Shown: positions 9,846-18,638, counted from the first letter of the stretch. The stretch: DNA of 64,000 nt from Candidatus Binatia bacterium (GCA_963666515.2 OY762897.2:3072001-3136000); one strand, 5' to 3'. Made by a program: numbers and translations. The notes: generated by a model not told the origin, from the sequence alone.

Positions 9846-10880
9846 CTAAAGTGGCTTGCGAGCCAGGAAGCAGTAGAGCGGCGTGAAGATGCCGGCTCGA
9901 CCGCCCGCGACGTAGGCGTCAGCGGTCCGATCCAGCAGCCGGACGACTTCCGTGGAGCCCTTGGGAAACAGCCGCAGCAATTCGGCCAGCTTCAGGCCCG
10001 CGATGAACGCCTTGCGACCCCAAGGAGTTCTGAGCAAGGTGTTGGCCAATTTCCCGTGCCGGCTCTCCATGGGCTGGTACCACGGCGTGGACGGCCCCTC
10101 CTTGACCTCCCTGTCCAACCCCTCGACGACGTGGAATCCCGCCGCTTCGAGGGCCTGATTCGTCGCCCTCATGGAACTGATGTCTTGCAGCGCAATGCCA
10201 CGCATGAGATCCCGCTTGATGGCCTGGTGCCGGCTGTCGTTCGGATCGAACTTGTCCGTCAGACACATGTCCTGCCCCCAGAACAGGGCTCCGGGTTTCA
10301 GGACGCGGAATATCTCCGCGAACGCACGTTGCTTGTCCGGTGCATGGCACGTTGACTCGATGGCATAGCCTCTGTCGAACGTGTCGTCTTCAATCACCGC
10401 CATGTCCATGAAACTGCAACGCACGTAGTCTACCTTGTGTTCAAGCCCTGCTTCGGCGTTCAGCGCTTTGGCCTTCTCCAACTGGATGGCACTGTTGTTG
10501 ATCCCCACAACCCGGACGCCGGACTCACGGACGACCCGGCGCATCGGGCCGCCGATCCCGCAGCCGACATCGATCACCGTCATGCTCTCCCGCAACTCCA
10601 GCTTGTCGATCATCAATCGCTGGTGCCGGACGATGGAATCCTCCACACTCTCCTGAGGCGTAAGGGGCGCGAAGTGCAAAGATTCGTTCCAACCCCACAC
10701 CATGAAATCGCTGCAAAGGTCGTAGTAGCCTCTTACCGTTTCGGTGTGATCGTACCCGCCAGCGCCGCCGTCCTTCGCCGTCGCCCGGTCGATCCAGCCG
10801 TCGAAGTCTCTCACGCGACGAGGGACGTCGGCCCCCCGGTACGCGTTCTTCAGCGCGTTCGATAATCTGGCGAGTTGCAT
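9846..10880 (-). CDS. Sterol 24-C-methyltransferase-like protein (SMT/ERG6 family)
   Basis: YYD..WGWNESLHFAP, SAM motif IDVGCGIGGP, YAIESTCHAP, C-terminal GGRAGIFTPLYCFLARKP. Start set at ATG 10880; the longer ORF extension overlaps the next gene. Confidence 0.88.
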   Translation of the reverse strand: MQLARLSNALKNAYRGADVPRRVRDFDGWIDRATAKDGGAGGYDHTETVRGYYDLCSDFMVWGWNESLHFAPLTPQESVEDSIVRHQRLMIDKLELRESMTVIDVGCGIGGPMRRVVRESGVRVVGINNSAIQLEKAKALNAEAGLEHKVDYVRCSFMDMAVIEDDTFDRGYAIESTCHAPDKQRAFAEIFRVLKPGALFWGQDMCLTDKFDPNDSRHQAIKRDLMRGIALQDISSMRATNQALEAAGFHVVEGLDREVKEGPSTPWYQPMESRHGKLANTLLRTPWGRKAFIAGLKLAELLRLFPKGSTEVVRLLDRTADAYVAGGRAGIFTPLYCFLARKPL

Positions 10881-10887
10881 GACGTGC

Positions 10888-10922
10888 TTGAACCCCCTAA
10901 CGCGTTTGTCGTCGCGGGACAA
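10888..10922 (-). promoter_or_regulatory. 35-bp conserved upstream element, copy 2 (directly 5' of the SMT start)
   Basis: TTGAACCCCCTAACGCGTTTGTCGTCGCGGGACAA; matches 5306-5340 with six transitions. Confidence 0.55.
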
Positions 10923-10984
10923 AGAGCCCGGCTGCCTGATCCGATGGTTCAACCATTGCGGGAGCATCCTGTACGGCCGGCGAT

Positions 10985-12034
10985 TCAGGAGGGCGTAGCG
11001 CCGCCGGTGTCGCACGGATCGGCATAGAACTGGGCGCAGTAGTGCCTGAAGGGCATGATCCTGCCGTCGGAAGCGCACAGGCGCGGGCGCGATCTATATT
11101 GCTTGCGGCTCCAGATGACCACGTCCTGCATGACGTCGCGCCGTTGCTGAGACGCCATGAACTTGTTCAACAGGGGGGCGCGCCATCGCACCGGCAGGAA
11201 CCCCAGGCCTGCGATCTTCCGCCGCGGCTTGCGTATCTCCCGTATCTGCGAGACCAGTGACAGGTCGATCAGCGTGCCGTCCACCGGGGTCGCCAGCACC
11301 CACAGGCGCGCGTCCATGCCGATGGAGTGCTCACGGATTTCCACGAACGAGTAGCCGAGCCCGAAGACGTGGGCGATGACCGACGTGTCGAAGCTGAGGG
11401 TTGTGACCCTGGCGATGGTTCGCTTCGTCTTGAAGTCGAAACGACTCTCGAGGAAGGGACCGTCCACGGACACTTCCCTGACGGGATTCACGTCATGGTA
11501 GCCGTGGACGTGGCGCAGGTGAGCGAAATCGACCGAATTCTCGGTCGTCTCCTGGGGATGGCCGGGAAAGCGCAGGGTCGTGATCTCGAAGCCGCTCCAA
11601 CCGGCCTGATCCGGCAGCTCCGGGGGCAGGCTCCATTGCGGCTCCCGCCCCCGGAGCCCCCACCAGGCGAAGATCAGGCCGAGAACTTCCCGCGTCGCGA
11701 AGACTCGTAATCTGGCGCTCTTGGGGGGAGGGGCAAAGGGCGTGGCGACGCACTGGCCGGTGGCGTCGAATTCGTAGCCATGGAAAGGGCAGATCAGCCG
11801 GCCGTCGCGGATGCGCCCACCGGCGGATGGCCCAAGATCGGAACCCAGGTGAGGGCAAACCGATTCGGCGACGCAGACGCGCCCGTCCCCGTCACACCAG
11901 ACGACGACGTTCTCGCCCATCCACGTCTTTTGGATGAGTCCGGCCTTTTTCAGCACGGCCTGGCGGGTTGCGACGAAGTACCACCCCTCGGGAAATGGGG
12001 AAGGCAAGGGGGCGTTCGTGGCCGACGTCCTCAT
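10985..12034 (-). CDS. Rieske [2Fe-2S] non-heme iron oxygenase/desaturase, Neverland/DAF-36/KshA-like
   Basis: CPHLG...CPFHG Rieske ligands, ENSVDFAHLRHVH iron motif, C-terminal DVVIWSRKQY..P.L...DG.I..FR...QFY typical of sterol-acting Rieske enzymes. Confidence 0.85.
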   Translation of the reverse strand: MRTSATNAPLPSPFPEGWYFVATRQAVLKKAGLIQKTWMGENVVVWCDGDGRVCVAESVCPHLGSDLGPSAGGRIRDGRLICPFHGYEFDATGQCVATPFAPPPKSARLRVFATREVLGLIFAWWGLRGREPQWSLPPELPDQAGWSGFEITTLRFPGHPQETTENSVDFAHLRHVHGYHDVNPVREVSVDGPFLESRFDFKTKRTIARVTTLSFDTSVIAHVFGLGYSFVEIREHSIGMDARLWVLATPVDGTLIDLSLVSQIREIRKPRRKIAGLGFLPVRWRAPLLNKFMASQQRRDVMQDVVIWSRKQYRSRPRLCASDGRIMPFRHYCAQFYADPCDTGGATPS

Positions 12035-12123
12035 TTGAGTCAATTTGTACCACTGTCGCGCCCGCTGTGCTAGATTGATAGCAAGATTGATAACGAAAGT
12101 TCGCCTGATCGAAGGGAAGGAAC

Positions 12124-12807
12124 ATGCCCGACGGAGTCGAACAGCTCAACGAGGACATCATCGCGGCGGCCAGGATTCTGAGCCGTGAGGGACTAGTGCA
12201 GGGTTTCGGCCACGTGAGCGCGCGGATCCCGGACTCGGACCTGTTCGTGATCACGCCGCGGGTCGCCCTGGAGCTGGTGGAGCCCGGGCAGTTGGTGGTG
12301 ATGAACCTGCAGGGTCAGGTGCTGGAAGCGCCGGCGCCGCCATCCTTCGAGACCGCGCTGCACACGGCCATCTTCAACGCCCGGCGGGACGTGAACGCCA
12401 TCACGCGGATCCACGCCAGGACCGCCAACATCTTCTCGGTGACGGACACGTCCCTGGACGCGGTGCACAACCACGGCAGCTTCTTCAGCGGCGGGGTGCC
12501 GGTCTTCAGGACCATCGACCTCATTTCCACCCGGGAACTGGGCGAGGGCGCGGCCGCGGCGCTGGGCGATGCGGCCGCGGTGCTGTTGCAGGGAAACGGT
12601 CAGGTAACGGTGGGGAGGACCATACCGGAAGCGGTGATGATGGCCATCTACCTGGAGGAAGCGGCGCAGGTGCTCTATGGCGCCATGCAGGTGGGCACGC
12701 CGCGCTTCCTTCCCCCGGAAGCGGCAGGCTCCCGGCAGAAGGAGGCCCTTCCGCCTCCGGACATGGAACGCGCCTGGAACTTCTTCAAGAGCCGGGTGGG
12801 GATGTGA
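12124..12807 (+). CDS. Class II aldolase/adducin family protein
   Basis: GHVSAR, ETALHTAIFNARRDVNAI..IH, LLQGNG. Confidence 0.85.
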   Translation: MPDGVEQLNEDIIAAARILSREGLVQGFGHVSARIPDSDLFVITPRVALELVEPGQLVVMNLQGQVLEAPAPPSFETALHTAIFNARRDVNAITRIHARTANIFSVTDTSLDAVHNHGSFFSGGVPVFRTIDLISTRELGEGAAAALGDAAAVLLQGNGQVTVGRTIPEAVMMAIYLEEAAQVLYGAMQVGTPRFLPPEAAGSRQKEALPPPDMERAWNFFKSRVGM

Positions 12808-12811
12808 AGGA

Positions 12812-13519
12812 TCAGCCCGCGAACTCGACGTCGAGCTTGGCGGTCTCCCCGGCCTTGACCTCCACTTCCTTGGTCTGCGTGCCGAGCTTCTCGTGCCAGA
12901 TCTGGACGTTGTACTTGCCGGCGGGCAGGTCGGTGAGGCTGAAGGCGCCGTCCTCGCCGGTGATGCTGTAGTAGGGGTTGCCGGCCACGAAGATCCAGCC
13001 GCCCATCCAGCCGTGGACGTCGCACTTGACTTCCATGATCTCGGGCTTGTCGAACTTCACCTTCAGCTTCTTCTTGAACTTGGGCTGCGCCCGGTTCATG
13101 GGCTTGTTGATCTTGCTGTAGGTGTGGATGTTGTGCAGCACCTTGTCCGGGTTGAGGATGGTGAGGTCGGCGCCGGCCGGAACCGCCAGGACGTGCGGGG
13201 CATACCGGCAACCGTTCTGGTCGAGGGTGACCCCCTTCTTCTCCAGCTTCTTGCCGCCCTTGACCTCGGCGATGTACACGATCACGTTCGCCAGCTTGCC
13301 GTCCTTGACCACCAGCGACTCGTCGTACTTGGGCGACTGGTCACAGCGTTTCTTGTCCTTGGTGACCTTGAGCTTCTTCGGTTTCGGGGCGGTGCCCTTG
13401 AAGAGCGCGACGCCGGAGATGCCTCCGCCCGCGGCGATCGCGGGCTGGTAAGCGCCGGCGGTCAGAGCAACAGTCACGAAAAGCGCCAGAACGGCGAGCA
13501 ACGGAAACCTGCGGTTCAT
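12812..13519 (-). CDS. Exported cupredoxin-like protein with carboxypeptidase-regulatory-like domain
   Basis: Signal peptide, DQNGCRYAPHV, HNIH and CDVHGWM (possible type-1 Cu ligands), C-terminal G.F.L.DLPAG.Y.V..WHE. Confidence 0.7.
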   Translation of the reverse strand: MNRRFPLLAVLALFVTVALTAGAYQPAIAAGGGISGVALFKGTAPKPKKLKVTKDKKRCDQSPKYDESLVVKDGKLANVIVYIAEVKGGKKLEKKGVTLDQNGCRYAPHVLAVPAGADLTILNPDKVLHNIHTYSKINKPMNRAQPKFKKKLKVKFDKPEIMEVKCDVHGWMGGWIFVAGNPYYSITGEDGAFSLTDLPAGKYNVQIWHEKLGTQTKEVEVKAGETAKLDVEFAG

Positions 13520-13557
13520 ATCATTCTCTCCTGTTCCGAATATTTTCTTGTTCCAGG

Positions 13558-16287
13558 TTAGCCCTGTTTGTCGGCTTCCTCAACACCTGTTCCGCCCGAT
13601 TCCGTCGCCGTCTCGCCTCCTGCCTTGGCCGTGGCCGCGGGCTTCAATCCAAGCGTCATGATGTAGTCGGTCAGCGCCTCGATCTGCTTCTTTTCGTCCC
13701 CGCCCAGGATGTCCTCGGGTCCACCGGGGTAGAATGACGGCATCTTGGTTCCCGGCTGGAGCGTCTGGGGGTCGAGTATCCACTTCTCGATCCAGTCCGG
13801 ATTGAGGCGCTGGCGGGCGAGGTTCAGATCCGGCGCCCAATCTTCCACCGGCCCTTCGGGCTTCTTGTCGCCCCGCACGTGGCAACTGCCGCACTCGAAG
13901 TAGTCGTCGGAGAACAACGTCCGACCGGCCTCCAGGTAGCCCGCTGGCACCTGTCCTTCGTCAACATGGACATAGGGGATCTCGATCCCGGAAAGGCCCG
14001 CGAAGTAATTCACGAAGGTATCCGCGTGGGGCCCGTCGAAGCCGAAGGTGGGCATGCGGATCTTGAGCCAGGGCCGGATGGCGTTTTCGGGGTTCTGCAG
14101 GAAGCCGAACAGCCAGTTGGCCTGGACCTTCTCGCCCTGGCCGTTGAGCGGCGGCGGCGCCAGGGTCGGGTTTTTCTCGTAGTACTTGCGGACGTACCCG
14201 CCCGTCCCGTCAATCTCGTGACAACCGACGCAGTTGTACTCCTGCACCTTGCGGCGTCCCGCGGAGATCTGCCGCGCCCGCTTGGAGTGATCGGCCTTGA
14301 AGGCCTCGGGCACCTTCCGCTCCACGAAACCGTGCAGCAGCACCCGTAGCGCCTTGATGTCTTCCTCGGGCAGGTCGAAGTGAGGCATCAACTGCTCCAC
14401 CCGCTCGGTGGCGTACACCCTCGGGCTGTGTATCTTGTTGAAGGTCCAGTCCTTCCAGGTGTGCTTGATGCTGGTGTCGTTGCCGAAGAACAGTTCCTCC
14501 AGGGGCTTCGAGCCGAAGGTGGTCAACTCGACGCCGATGCGGGACTCCTTCTCCATCCCCGGGATGTCGTGGCAGCCGGCGCAGCCGTACTTGCGCACCA
14601 GCTTCTCGCCCCTGGCGACGTTGGCGGGCTCCTCCAGGCGGGCCACCACATCGGCGTCGGGCTCGGGCTTCGTGCCCAGCGTCATCAGGTAGGCGGTCAG
14701 CGCCCGCGCCTCGTCCTCGGACAGCCGCAGGCTCGGCATGCGGGTGCCGGGATTGTAGCTCTTGGGATCCAGCAGCCAGTTGTAGGTCCAGCGGGGGTTC
14801 ACCTTGGCGGCGATGTCCTTCAGGTTCGGCACCAGGTCCTTGCCGGCGATGCGGGTGGTGAACTCGTCCTCGGCGAAGCCGTGGCAGCCCAGGCAACCTA
14901 CCGATCGGGCCAGCTCCTCGCCCTTCTTCACCATGGCCGTGTCGCCCGACCGGTACCCCTCCGGCGCGGGATGTTGCTTGAGCCAGGCATCGGCTTCCTT
15001 CCTGGAGACCGACCACAGGTACGCCGCCGCGGCCAGCGCCTCGTCTTCCTTGAAATAGAAGTGCGGCATGCGGGTATTGGGCCTGAACTCCCGCGGGTCC
15101 TCGATCCATTTCACCATCCACGCGGGGTCCAGCTTGGCCTGGACCTTGCGCAGGCTCGGCCCGACCTTGGGGATGTCGCCGTAGCCTTCCACCAGGTGAC
15201 AGCCGGTGCACCCCACCTGCTCGAAGATCTGCTGCCCCCGCGCCACCACCTGGGCGCCTTCGAGGCCGGCCACGTTGAGATGGCAGGTGACACAGTTGGC
15301 CTGCACGTCGTTGTCCTCCAGCAACGGGTGCTCCCAGAACTTCACGTTGCCGTGGGCCTGGGCCAGGCTGTTGACCGCCTCTCCCTGTCCTTCGTGACAA
15401 ACGGTGCAGCCGAAAACGCGCGGCGGATGGGCGGTGTCGCTCAAAAACGTCAGGCGTTTGGGATGGGTGGTAAGGGGCTGCGGCAGGTCGTCGAAGCCGG
15501 CGCGGTTGATGGCGATATGGCACGACTGGCAGCGGTCCACCCGTTCCACCTGCTGGTCGAAGTTGTTGCGGTCGAAGTCCTTGAGCACCACCTGCTGGAT
15601 GCTGGGGATCTTGTAGAGGGTGAACTGCGGGAAGCCGTCCGGGCCTACCGTGACGGTGGCGTTGTCCATCTGCCGCTGCCACTTGCGCTTGTCGCCCTCC
15701 AGCGCATAGAGCTGATCGTCGATCTTCTTGACGCCGCCCTGGACCTCCCTGATCTCCGCCTTGACGTCGGCGCGCTTCTTGCGCGCGGCGTCCAGGGCCG
15801 GCTCGAGGGCGCGTTGCTGGGCCTGCAGCTCTTGGATGTGCCTGCGGTAAGGGCCCGCGTCCTCGCCCAACTGGACCGCGTGGTCGAACTCGTACCAGGC
15901 CTCGTCCAGCTCGCTCTTGACGAACTTGACCTCCTGGTCCGCGTCGAAGTACTCGACCTCGACCCGCTGCTGAAGCTCCCTGAGTTCCGCGAGCCGTGCG
16001 CCCTTCTCGCCGCTCTCGAGGCTCTCCACCTCCGCGGCCCGTTGCTTTACCAGTTCCGCGTACTTCGGGTCCGCGTTCAGGCGCTCCTGCTCCTTGGCCA
16101 ACGCAGCCGCGGCGCGCTCGTAGTCCGTGCGGACGAACTCCGACTGGTGCACCTTCCACACCCGCCTGGTGATGTTGTCGTCGAACACCGCCCACAGGGA
16201 CACCACCACCAGCAGGATGGAGCCTACGAAAAAGACCGTCCCGTAGGACTTCTTCTCTTCATTGGGATCTACGCCGCGAACCGCCAT
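13558..16287 (-). CDS. Membrane-anchored octaheme c-type cytochrome of a Rieske/cyt b complex
   Basis: Eight CxxCH motifs (CQSCH, CTVCH, CVTCH, CTGCH, CLGCH, CAGCH, CVGCH, CGSCH), N-terminal TM followed by a coiled coil, repeated T(R/K)MP axial Met motifs. Confidence 0.9.
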   Translation of the reverse strand: MAVRGVDPNEEKKSYGTVFFVGSILLVVVSLWAVFDDNITRRVWKVHQSEFVRTDYERAAAALAKEQERLNADPKYAELVKQRAAEVESLESGEKGARLAELRELQQRVEVEYFDADQEVKFVKSELDEAWYEFDHAVQLGEDAGPYRRHIQELQAQQRALEPALDAARKKRADVKAEIREVQGGVKKIDDQLYALEGDKRKWQRQMDNATVTVGPDGFPQFTLYKIPSIQQVVLKDFDRNNFDQQVERVDRCQSCHIAINRAGFDDLPQPLTTHPKRLTFLSDTAHPPRVFGCTVCHEGQGEAVNSLAQAHGNVKFWEHPLLEDNDVQANCVTCHLNVAGLEGAQVVARGQQIFEQVGCTGCHLVEGYGDIPKVGPSLRKVQAKLDPAWMVKWIEDPREFRPNTRMPHFYFKEDEALAAAAYLWSVSRKEADAWLKQHPAPEGYRSGDTAMVKKGEELARSVGCLGCHGFAEDEFTTRIAGKDLVPNLKDIAAKVNPRWTYNWLLDPKSYNPGTRMPSLRLSEDEARALTAYLMTLGTKPEPDADVVARLEEPANVARGEKLVRKYGCAGCHDIPGMEKESRIGVELTTFGSKPLEELFFGNDTSIKHTWKDWTFNKIHSPRVYATERVEQLMPHFDLPEEDIKALRVLLHGFVERKVPEAFKADHSKRARQISAGRRKVQEYNCVGCHEIDGTGGYVRKYYEKNPTLAPPPLNGQGEKVQANWLFGFLQNPENAIRPWLKIRMPTFGFDGPHADTFVNYFAGLSGIEIPYVHVDEGQVPAGYLEAGRTLFSDDYFECGSCHVRGDKKPEGPVEDWAPDLNLARQRLNPDWIEKWILDPQTLQPGTKMPSFYPGGPEDILGGDEKKQIEALTDYIMTLGLKPAATAKAGGETATESGGTGVEEADKQG

Positions 16288-16331
16288 TCACTCTCCCTGA
16301 AGCACGCAGAGAATCTATCCGTATCTCGGCG

Positions 16332-16499
16332 TCAAGCCGCCTTGCTCTCCAACACGCGCCCAAGCCAGAACACCGTCACGCCGATGAGGGTCATGATGAT
16401 CTCTTCGGCCATGGCGATGCCCTGAAAGATGCCCACGAACAACGTGAAACCCACACCGGCAAGGCCCAGGGCCTGGACAAGCTTTGCTACATAGAACAT
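16332..16499 (-). CDS. 55-aa two-TM small membrane protein in the bc operon
   Basis: Manual translation MFYVAKLVQALGLAGVGFTLFVGIFQGIAMAEEIIMTLIGVTVFWLGRVLESKAA; ATG overlaps the upstream stop (TGATG coupling); below ORF-track cutoff. Confidence 0.75.
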   Translation of the reverse strand: MFYVAKLVQALGLAGVGFTLFVGIFQGIAMAEEIIMTLIGVTVFWLGRVLESKAA

Positions 16500-17269
16500 C
16501 AGATATTAAGCCAGGGGGTGACCATGATGTACTTGATGTTGAACACCAGCCGCAGGAACATCTTGACCGGAAGCCCCATCATGGTGATGAACAGAAAGGA
16601 GGTGATGGCGAAGCGGACGGCGCCCCACCGGATCATGAACTCCTTGCCCTTGATCCATACGACCCACTTGTAGAACAGCCACGTCGAGAGCACGTAGTAG
16701 ACCAGCACCAGGAACAGGCCGAAGCCCGCCTGGACCCAATAGTCCCGCAGACCCACGATGTAAGGCAGGTCCACGTTGGTCAGGGCCACCACCTTGTGCG
16801 GGTCCCACCGCTGCCAGGGCCAGAACAGGTTCCACCCCGGCCCGCGGAAGAACGTCCCGATGATGATCGTGACCACCCAGAGGACGTGGAAGCCGATGAA
16901 GAAGGTCAGGATCTCCCACTTGCGTTCCTTGAACGTGTAGTAGCCATTGCCCTTGACGTTGATGTCGATGAAGGGGATCACCATCAGGCCGATGATGATG
17001 AAGGTCGGCAGCACCACCCCGGCGTACCAGGGGTCGAAGTACACCAGCATCTCCTGCAGTCCGAGGAAATACCACGGCGCCTTGGAGGGGTTGGGAGTCC
17101 GGGCCGGGTTGGCGGGCTCCTCCAGCGGCGCGTCCACCAGCAGCGACCACAGCGTCATGGCCACCATCACGAAGATGGTCACCAGGAACTCGCCGCGCAC
17201 CAAGTGCGGCCACGTGTGAATCTTGTCGTCGATGACGATCTGCCGGCTTCTTTCCTCGGCCTGAGCCAT
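16499..17269 (-). CDS. Cytochrome b6 subunit IV-like (PetD/QcrC-type)
   Basis: WPHL..., APLEEPANP..TPNPSKAPWYFLGLQE (PEWY-equivalent), extra C-terminal TMs. Confidence 0.85.
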   Translation of the reverse strand: MAQAEERSRQIVIDDKIHTWPHLVRGEFLVTIFVMVAMTLWSLLVDAPLEEPANPARTPNPSKAPWYFLGLQEMLVYFDPWYAGVVLPTFIIIGLMVIPFIDINVKGNGYYTFKERKWEILTFFIGFHVLWVVTIIIGTFFRGPGWNLFWPWQRWDPHKVVALTNVDLPYIVGLRDYWVQAGFGLFLVLVYYVLSTWLFYKWVVWIKGKEFMIRWGAVRFAITSFLFITMMGLPVKMFLRLVFNIKYIMVTPWLNI

Positions 17270-17315
17270 GCGATGGCACCCTTTCCCTTAGCGATGAACC
17301 CGTGCGCCGATGAAC

Positions 17316-18086
17316 CTAGAGCGGAGGGCCGGAGAAGCCGTCCCGGCGGATGCGCCAGAAGTGCACGGCCATGAGCAGGCTGGCCACCAGCGGGATGAAG
17401 ATGCAGTGGAGGATGTAGAACCGCAGCAGCGTGTGCGGACCGATGTCGCCGCCGCCGAACAGGAACGCCCGCGCGTCGTAGATCGGGTTGGCGCCCACGA
17501 ACTCCGCGAAGGGTCCCTCGTGCCCCAGCAGGGGCGTGGCCCGGGCCATGTTGGCGCCCACGGTGACGGCCCAGATGGCGAGCTGGTCCCACGGCAGCAG
17601 GTAGCCGGTAAAGCTCAGCAGCAGGGTCAGCACCAGCAGCAGCACGCCGACGATCCAGTTGAATTCCCGCGGCGGCTTGTAGGAGCCGGTGAGGAACACC
17701 CGGAACATGTGCAGCCACACGAAGATGACCATGGCGTGGGCCGCCCAGCGGTGCATGTTGCGCATCAACATGCCGAAGGGCATGTCGAACTCCAGGTACT
17801 TCATGTCCGCGTAGGCGTACTGCGGCACCGGCCGGTAGTAGAACATCAGGTAGATGCCGGTCACCACCGTGAGCAGGAACATGAGGAAGGTGAGCCCCCC
17901 CATGCACCAAGTGAAGCGCATGCGCACGGCGTGCCTGCGGACCTTGGCGGGATGCAGGTGCATCCACACGTTGCCCGTGACCATCAGCACGCGGTTCCGC
18001 GGCGTGTCCTCGTAGCCGTGCCGGAAGATCGACTTCCAGACCTGGCTCTCGACGACGTCCTTCTTGATCTGTTCCAGGTTGATCAT
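17316..18086 (-). CDS. Cytochrome b6-type (short cytochrome b, PetB/QcrB)
   Basis: WCMGGLT (heme ci Cys position), RNMHRWAAH..HMFRVF, TGYLLPWDQ, RFYILHC...H. Confidence 0.92.
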   Translation of the reverse strand: MINLEQIKKDVVESQVWKSIFRHGYEDTPRNRVLMVTGNVWMHLHPAKVRRHAVRMRFTWCMGGLTFLMFLLTVVTGIYLMFYYRPVPQYAYADMKYLEFDMPFGMLMRNMHRWAAHAMVIFVWLHMFRVFLTGSYKPPREFNWIVGVLLLVLTLLLSFTGYLLPWDQLAIWAVTVGANMARATPLLGHEGPFAEFVGANPIYDARAFLFGGGDIGPHTLLRFYILHCIFIPLVASLLMAVHFWRIRRDGFSGPPL

Positions 18087-18094
18087 GGTCCGTC

Positions 18095-18619
18095 TCAAAC
18101 CTTGAGGATGCTGTTGGGATGCTGCTCGTCCGGTTCCCCGCCCGGCGCCATGCGGAACTTCCTGGCCTTGTCCACCACGAGTTGGCCGTCTTCCGCCACC
18201 GCGATCTCGAAGCGGTCCAGCGGCCGAGGCGCCGGCCCCTCGAAGTTCAGGCCCGACTTGAAGAAGCCGCTGCCGTGACAGGGGCACTTGAACTTGCTCT
18301 CAGCGGAGAGCCAGCGCGGCGTGCAGCCGAGGTGCGTGCACTCGGAGGAGACCGCGTAGAAGCCCGCCTCCTCGCGCACGATCCACACGCGGAAGTCCTT
18401 CTTGAACTTCTCGCTCACCTCGCCGATGGCGTAGTCGGACGGGAAGCCGGCCTTGAACGTGGAAGGCGGCTTGAAGAGCACCCGCGGAAACGCCGACCGC
18501 ATGAAGCCGAAGAGGGAAAGCAGGGAAAACACCCCGAACCCCAGCCAGCCAAGGCGGCCGAAGAAGTCCCGGCGGCTCCAGATGCCTCGCTCGATTTTCC
18601 GTTTCTCGTTCGTAGCCAT
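18095..18619 (-). CDS. Rieske iron-sulfur subunit (PetC/QcrA)
   Basis: Tat motif SRRDFF, CTHLGC and CPCHGS, GPAPRPL. Confidence 0.93.
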   Translation of the reverse strand: MATNEKRKIERGIWSRRDFFGRLGWLGFGVFSLLSLFGFMRSAFPRVLFKPPSTFKAGFPSDYAIGEVSEKFKKDFRVWIVREEAGFYAVSSECTHLGCTPRWLSAESKFKCPCHGSGFFKSGLNFEGPAPRPLDRFEIAVAEDGQLVVDKARKFRMAPGGEPDEQHPNSILKV

Positions 18620-18638
18620 CGCCTACTCCATCGCGTCC

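Noticed and set aside
10881-11078. 66-aa N-terminal extension of the SMT
   Set aside because: Overlaps the Rieske gene end and the repeated cis element; not SMT-like.
14210-16425. Long alternative-frame ORFs (661 and 681 aa) over the cytochrome gene
   Set aside because: Low-complexity Arg/Gly/Pro-rich or antisense frames expected at high GC3.
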